A stretch of DNA of 42,080 bases from an uncultured bacterium (GTDB taxonomy: Bacteria; Cyanobacteriota; Vampirovibrionia; Gastranaerophilales; Gastranaerophilaceae). Shown one piece after another: positions 37,128 to 42,080 of this stretch (positions are counted from its first letter, which is position 1; the number at the start of each line of letters is the position of its first letter). The stretch is from NCBI GenBank assembly GCA_900556295.1, contig USOK01000001.1, forward strand, positions 1-42,080, read 5' to 3'. Below the pieces are notes generated by a model. That model was given only the letters and a program-made list of their open reading frames with translations, did not search any database and was not told where the DNA came from. Both the position numbers and the translations under genes were made by a program.

Positions 37128-37697
37128 ATGAATAACGAGAATATTCTCGAGAAAGAAAAGAAAGTAGTGGTTGCAAGCTTACCAATTAAAAGCATAGATG
37201 AAATAGAGTTAATCAAGGGGTTGTATAGGACAAAAAATCAACTCCAAGATTTGTTGATGTTTACACTTTCAATTAATACAGGCTTGGGATTGATTGAGTT
37301 ATTAAATCTCAAGGTTAAAGATGTAAAAGGTAAGCATTATTTGTCTATAGGTAAACAAAGAAGTATGCCTTTGAATAATGAAATTATGCAGTTAATAGAA
37401 GAGTTTACTGAAAACAAAAAGTCATCAGAATTATTATTCCAAAACAGTCGAGGAAACAAACTTGGTAGAACCGCAGTTTTTTATGCATTTAAAGATATTT
37501 GCACAGAGCTTGGATTAAGTGATAAATATTCACCTTTGTCTTGGCGAAAAACTTTTGCGTATCACTATTATCAAAAATACAAAGATATTTCATACTTAAT
37601 GTGGTTGTTCAATCAGCATGCAGTCAATATTGCACTCAAATTTATAGATGTCGAAGAAAATATGAATTTGAGATTTAGAGAGGGAGTGTGTTTGTAG
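37128..37697 (+). CDS. Catalytically dead tyrosine recombinase paralogue (start uncertain, 37098 or 37128)
   Basis: Aligns with 36175-36717 but has GLGLIE, LSWRKT, NQHA...LKF in place of R, H, H and Y. Confidence 0.8.
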   Translation: MNNENILEKEKKVVVASLPIKSIDEIELIKGLYRTKNQLQDLLMFTLSINTGLGLIELLNLKVKDVKGKHYLSIGKQRSMPLNNEIMQLIEEFTENKKSSELLFQNSRGNKLGRTAVFYAFKDICTELGLSDKYSPLSWRKTFAYHYYQKYKDISYLMWLFNQHAVNIALKFIDVEENMNLRFREGVCL

Positions 37698-38812
37698 TGA
37701 GTCGTAATAAAAATTTGATAATTGGAGCCGGATTTAGTGGTGCAACAATAGCAAATTTAATAGCAACACAACTTAACGAAGAAGTTGTCGTAATTGATAA
37801 AAAAGAACATATTGCAGGAAATTGCTATGACTATCGTGACGAAAACGGCATTATGATTCACAAATACGGCTCGCATATTTTTCATACAAAGAGTGAAAAA
37901 GTTTGGAACTATTTAAAACAATTTACTGATTTTAATACTTATATGCACAAAGTTGTGGGGTATTTAGACGGTATTGAAACGCATATTCCGTTTAATTTTA
38001 ATACTCTATATGACGTTTTCCCTCAAACATTAGCAAAAAAATTGGAAGAAAAATTACTGGATAATTTTGAAATTAACTCAAAAGTTCCGATCTTAGAATT
38101 TCAAAAACAAGATGATGATGATTTGAAATTTTTGGCAAACTATGTTTATGAGAAAATTTTTCTGCATTACACAACAAAACAATGGGGAGTATCACCAAAC
38201 GATGTAGATGGTGCGGTAACTGCAAGAGTGCCTGTTTATTTATCCAAAGACAATAGATATTTTCAAGATAAATATCAAGGTATTCCGTTAGAAGGATATA
38301 CAAAAGTAGTTGAAAAAATGCTCGATAATAAAAATATTGAAGTCCGATTAAATACTGAGTTTAAAGACATTGATACAACTAAGTTTGACAGAATTTTCTA
38401 TACAGGTCCAATTGATGAATATTTCAACTACAAATTTGGACAACTACCTTACAGAAGTGTAAATTTTAAATTTGAAACCCATAACAAAGAATATTATCAA
38501 TCAAATGCATGTGTAAATTACCCTTGCAATTACGATTTTACAAGAATTCATGAATATAAATATTATCTTGACGATAAATCTGATAAAACTGTTATTGCAA
38601 AAGAGTATTCCGAATTTTTTGAGTTCGGCAAAAACGAAAGATATTATCCTATTCCAAAAGATGAAAATACAGTGCTTTATAACAAATATTTGGAAGAAGC
38701 AAAGAAACTGGATAATATTTATTTCTTGGGCAGATTGGGCGATTACAAATATTACGACATGGACAAAGCCATATTAAGAGCAATAGAGCTTTTTGAGGAG
38801 GTTTGTAAATGA
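37697..38812 (+). CDS. glf: UDP-galactopyranose mutase
   Basis: IIGAGFSG, AGNCYD, HKYGSHIFHT, YQGIP..GYT, LPYRS, YYP, GRLGDYKYYDMD. Confidence 0.95.
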   Translation: MSRNKNLIIGAGFSGATIANLIATQLNEEVVVIDKKEHIAGNCYDYRDENGIMIHKYGSHIFHTKSEKVWNYLKQFTDFNTYMHKVVGYLDGIETHIPFNFNTLYDVFPQTLAKKLEEKLLDNFEINSKVPILEFQKQDDDDLKFLANYVYEKIFLHYTTKQWGVSPNDVDGAVTARVPVYLSKDNRYFQDKYQGIPLEGYTKVVEKMLDNKNIEVRLNTEFKDIDTTKFDRIFYTGPIDEYFNYKFGQLPYRSVNFKFETHNKEYYQSNACVNYPCNYDFTRIHEYKYYLDDKSDKTVIAKEYSEFFEFGKNERYYPIPKDENTVLYNKYLEEAKKLDNIYFLGRLGDYKYYDMDKAILRAIELFEEVCK

Positions 38813-39810
38813 TTTTAGTTACAGGTGGTGCAGGATATATCGGAAGCCATTGTGTATTGGCTTTGTTGGAAAAAGGTTTAGATGTTGTAGTTTATGATAA
38901 TTTATCGACAGGACATTTAGAAACAATTAAAACCTTACAAAAATATGGTAATTTAATTTTTGTTCAAGGTGATTTACTTAATAGCTCATACCTTAACAAT
39001 TTATTTCAAACGTATAATATAGAGTCAGTTATTCACTTTGCTGCATTTTCACAAGTAGGAGAGAGTGTTAAACATCCTGCAAAATATTACAGAAACAATG
39101 TTGTTGGAACTCTAAATTTATTAGATGCAATGGTTGAAAATAATGTCAAAACAATTGTTTTTTCATCTACTGCTGCAACTTATGGAGAGCCAAAATATAT
39201 TCCGATAGATGAAAAACATCCACAAGAGCCTATAAATCCTTATGGTCAAACAAAATTAATGATTGAGCATATTATGGATGATTATGATCAAGCGTATGGT
39301 TTAAAATCCGTTCGTTTAAGATATTTTAATGTTGCAGGAGCGGACTCCAAATCACGAATTGGCGAATGGCACGACCCTGAAACACACCTTATACCAAATA
39401 TTTTGAAATCTACTTTTAGCGGTGGCAAGACTTTTGAAATGTATGGCGATGATTATGATACAAAAGACGGCACTTGCGTAAGAGATTACATTAATGTTGA
39501 GGACTTAGCACAAGCGCATTTACTTGCTCTTGATTATTTGAATAACGATGGTGGAACAAATTTCTTTAACCTTGGAACAAATGATGGAAATACTGTCAGA
39601 GACGTTTTCAAGGCTTGTGAAGATATTACGAAACAAACAATTCCCGTAAAACAAATGTCAAGACGAGAAGGTGATCCTGCAAGTTTAGTAGCTGATAACA
39701 CTAAAGCTAAACAAATTTTGAATTGGCAGCCTCAAAAAACATTGGAGGAAAGTATTAAAACTGCTTATTCTTGGGAAAAAAGTTTGAATAAGGAGTTAAT
39801 TAATGCCTAA
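38809..39810 (+). CDS. galE: UDP-glucose 4-epimerase
   Basis: VTGGAGYIGSH, FSSTAATYG, PYGQTK, LRYFNVAGA, DGTCVRDYI. Confidence 0.96.
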   Translation: MILVTGGAGYIGSHCVLALLEKGLDVVVYDNLSTGHLETIKTLQKYGNLIFVQGDLLNSSYLNNLFQTYNIESVIHFAAFSQVGESVKHPAKYYRNNVVGTLNLLDAMVENNVKTIVFSSTAATYGEPKYIPIDEKHPQEPINPYGQTKLMIEHIMDDYDQAYGLKSVRLRYFNVAGADSKSRIGEWHDPETHLIPNILKSTFSGGKTFEMYGDDYDTKDGTCVRDYINVEDLAQAHLLALDYLNNDGGTNFFNLGTNDGNTVRDVFKACEDITKQTIPVKQMSRREGDPASLVADNTKAKQILNWQPQKTLEESIKTAYSWEKSLNKELINA

Positions 39811-40880
39811 AGTTTCAATTTTAGTTCCAGTTTATAACGTAGAAAAATATTTAAGAGAATGTCTTTGACAGTATTATCAATCAGACCTTAAAAGATATTG
39901 AAATTATTTGCATAAATGATGGTTCAACCGATTCTTCAGCACAAATTTTGGAAGAATACAGATTTAAGGATAAACGAATAAAGGTTATAAACAAAGCAAA
40001 TTCAGGCTATGGAGCTTCTATGAATAGAGGCTTGGAAGAAGCGACCGGAGAGTATATTGGTATTGTTGAATCAGATGATTTTGTTAGACCTGAAATGTTT
40101 GAAAAATTATATGATATTGCAAATAAAAATAATCTTGATATGGTAAAATACGATTTTTACAATTTTTACACCACAAAAAAACAAGCTAGACAAGCCGGTA
40201 AAATTAAAAAGAAATATTTAGGAAAAGTATTAAATATCAAAAATGACCCAATAATGATTAAAATACAACCCTCGATTTGGTCTGCTATTTACAAAAAAGA
40301 TTTTTTAAATGTTAATTCCATTCGCTTTTTGGAAACACCCGGAGCAAGTTATCAGGATACCTCATTTGCTTTTAAAACAATTGCATCTGCAAAAAGATTA
40401 ATGTTCACAAATAAAGCGTATGTGTATTATAGACAAGATAATGAAAATTCTTCAGTTAAATCAAGGGGAAAAGTTTATAGCATCTGTGACGAATGGGAAG
40501 AAATAACAAGATTTTTAGACGAAAGACCTGAAATAAAAGATGTTGTTAATCAAGTAAAATTATCAACTCATTTCAATGCTTATAAGTGGAATGCCATCAG
40601 AATAGAAGAAAAATATAGAGAAGAGTTTATTGATAAATATCAAAAAACCTTTAAACAGTATTACGAAAACGGTGAAATAAAAGAAGAATTTTATAAAAAA
40701 GCCAAGAAAGAAGAGTTATTGCTTTTATTAAATGATAAGGCTAAATACCTTGATTTTATTAAAAATGAGGAATTAAGAAAAAAACAGAAAGAAAAAAGAC
40801 AAAAATTCTGTTCAATCAGAATAAATTCTTCTAGGATTAGTATTGTTCTTTTCGGAAAACAAATTGTGGAGATAGGGTAG
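39803..40880 (+). pseudogene. GT2 glycosyltransferase with a +1 frameshift near the 5' end (or a sequencing error)
   Basis: MPKVSILVPVYNVEKYLRECL then TGA; removing one T at 39864-39866 restores DSIINQTLKDIEIICINDGSTD in frame with ORF 39948-40880. Confidence 0.85.
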
Positions 40881-42080
40881 TGGCAAAGGTTTCAGTAATA
40901 GTACCTATATACGGTGTCGAAAAATATTTAAGAGAATGTCTTGATAGTATTGTCAATCAAACTTTATCGGATTTAGAAATAATTTTGATAGATGATGGCT
41001 CAAAAGATAACTGCCCTCAAATTATTGATGAATATGCCCAAAAAGATAATCGAATAATTGCTATTCATAAAGAAAACGATGGATATGGTTCAGCTATGAA
41101 TGTTGGATTAGAAAACGTAACCGGTGAATATATAGGAATAGTTGAACCTGATGATTATATAGATTCTAAAATGTATGAAGATTTGTATAAAATAGCAAAA
41201 GAATATGACTCAGATGTTGTAAAATCTTGTTTTTACGACAATCTGCAAGCTAAAGAAGAACAACGAATTTTAAAAACTAAGTGGGATGATGATAAAATCC
41301 CTCAAAACAGAAGTTTTAAGATTACTGAGTGTGGATTATTTTTGCAATACCATCCGAGCATTTGGAGTTGTATTTATAAAAGAAAATTCCTGAAAAAACA
41401 TAATATTAGGTTTATAGAAGCTCCGGGAAGCGGTTGGACAGATAACCCGTTTCAGGTTCAAACAATGTGCCGAGCAGAAAGAATTAATTATACACCAAAT
41501 GCTTATTATTACTGGCGTAGATTAAATAAAGATGAATCTGATGATTTAAAAGATTATACCGTACCGTTCAAACGGACTGAAGAAATACACAAATGGCTTG
41601 AAGAAAACAATATAAATGATGATGAGATATTATCTAATTTATTTTCAAGAGAATTGTCGTATGCATCAATCGTATTAGGGAAAAAAGATTTAGTAGATGT
41701 TAATAATGCTATTTATTTGGCAAATAAAATGACAAAAAACATGGATAAAGACTTAATTTTTTCATCAGAAAATATAAAAAAGAGAAATAAAAAGGCTTTT
41801 AAACTAATTTGGGAAAATCCTCTAAAATACAGAAAACAGATTTTATTTCAAAAATTTAAGAAGAATTTAATAAGTATTCGATGGAATAAATGTGAAAAAA
41901 GAGTAATTTTATTTGGAAGGACTGTTTTAAGTGGGAAGAACAATTTTTTAGCAGTGCCTCAACCATACAATACGATAAATATATGTTTTTCATCAGATGA
42001 AAATTATGTTCAACACTTATGTGCTTGTATAAAATCAATTATCTATAATAAAAATAATTCGGATAAATTTAATTTTATCA
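40880..42080 (+). CDS. GT2 glycosyltransferase fused to a GT8-like domain (runs off the window)
   Basis: GTG start, KVSVIVPIYGVEKYLRECLDS, IDDGSKD, IVEPDD; in-frame INICFSSDENYVQHL near 41975. Confidence 0.85.
   Translation, partial: MAKVSVIVPIYGVEKYLRECLDSIVNQTLSDLEIILIDDGSKDNCPQIIDEYAQKDNRIIAIHKENDGYGSAMNVGLENVTGEYIGIVEPDDYIDSKMYEDLYKIAKEYDSDVVKSCFYDNLQAKEEQRILKTKWDDDKIPQNRSFKITECGLFLQYHPSIWSCIYKRKFLKKHNIRFIEAPGSGWTDNPFQVQTMCRAERINYTPNAYYYWRRLNKDESDDLKDYTVPFKRTEEIHKWLEENNINDDEILSNLFSRELSYASIVLGKKDLVDVNNAIYLANKMTKNMDKDLIFSSENIKKRNKKAFKLIWENPLKYRKQILFQKFKKNLISIRWNKCEKRVILFGRTVLSGKNNFLAVPQPYNTINICFSSDENYVQHLCACIKSIIYNKNNSDKFNFI

Overview
AT-rich bacterial window (host tentatively a gut Melainabacteria/Gastranaerophilales-like lineage; this is an impression only). 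Most of it (~1.8-36.1 kb) is a largely intact transposable prophage with Mu-type early and head genes (Ner-like, MuA, MuB, GemA, Mor, terminase, DUF935 portal, MuF, gpG, protease, capsid, gp36, gp37) and a P2-type contractile tail, arranged as two divergent late operons. It carries two orphan DNA methyltransferases. Left flank: a second MuB-like ATPase and a degenerate IS1595-like protein. Right flank: a tyrosine recombinase locus, then a surface-glycan operon (glf, galE, a frameshifted GT2, a GT2-GT8 fusion). Most notable structure outside the ORF track: (1) an active plus a catalytically dead tyrosine recombinase bracketing three Xer/dif-like 11-6-11 sites (two direct, one inverted, same TACTTC core) just upstream of the glycan operon, a candidate multi-state DNA switch; (2) a type II hammerhead ribozyme upstream of mor; (3) a small AACTT...TCCGC hairpin element inserted both in the ribozyme and in-frame in the C5 methyltransferase; (4) DUF4417 followed by two unrelated proteins sharing an MGGRGSGGG leader; (5) accessory genes preceded by a fixed-spacing three-box element; (6) a -1 frameshift in the tail chaperone; (7) a gene order explicable by one ~8 kb inversion. 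All family assignments come from motif recognition, not database searches.
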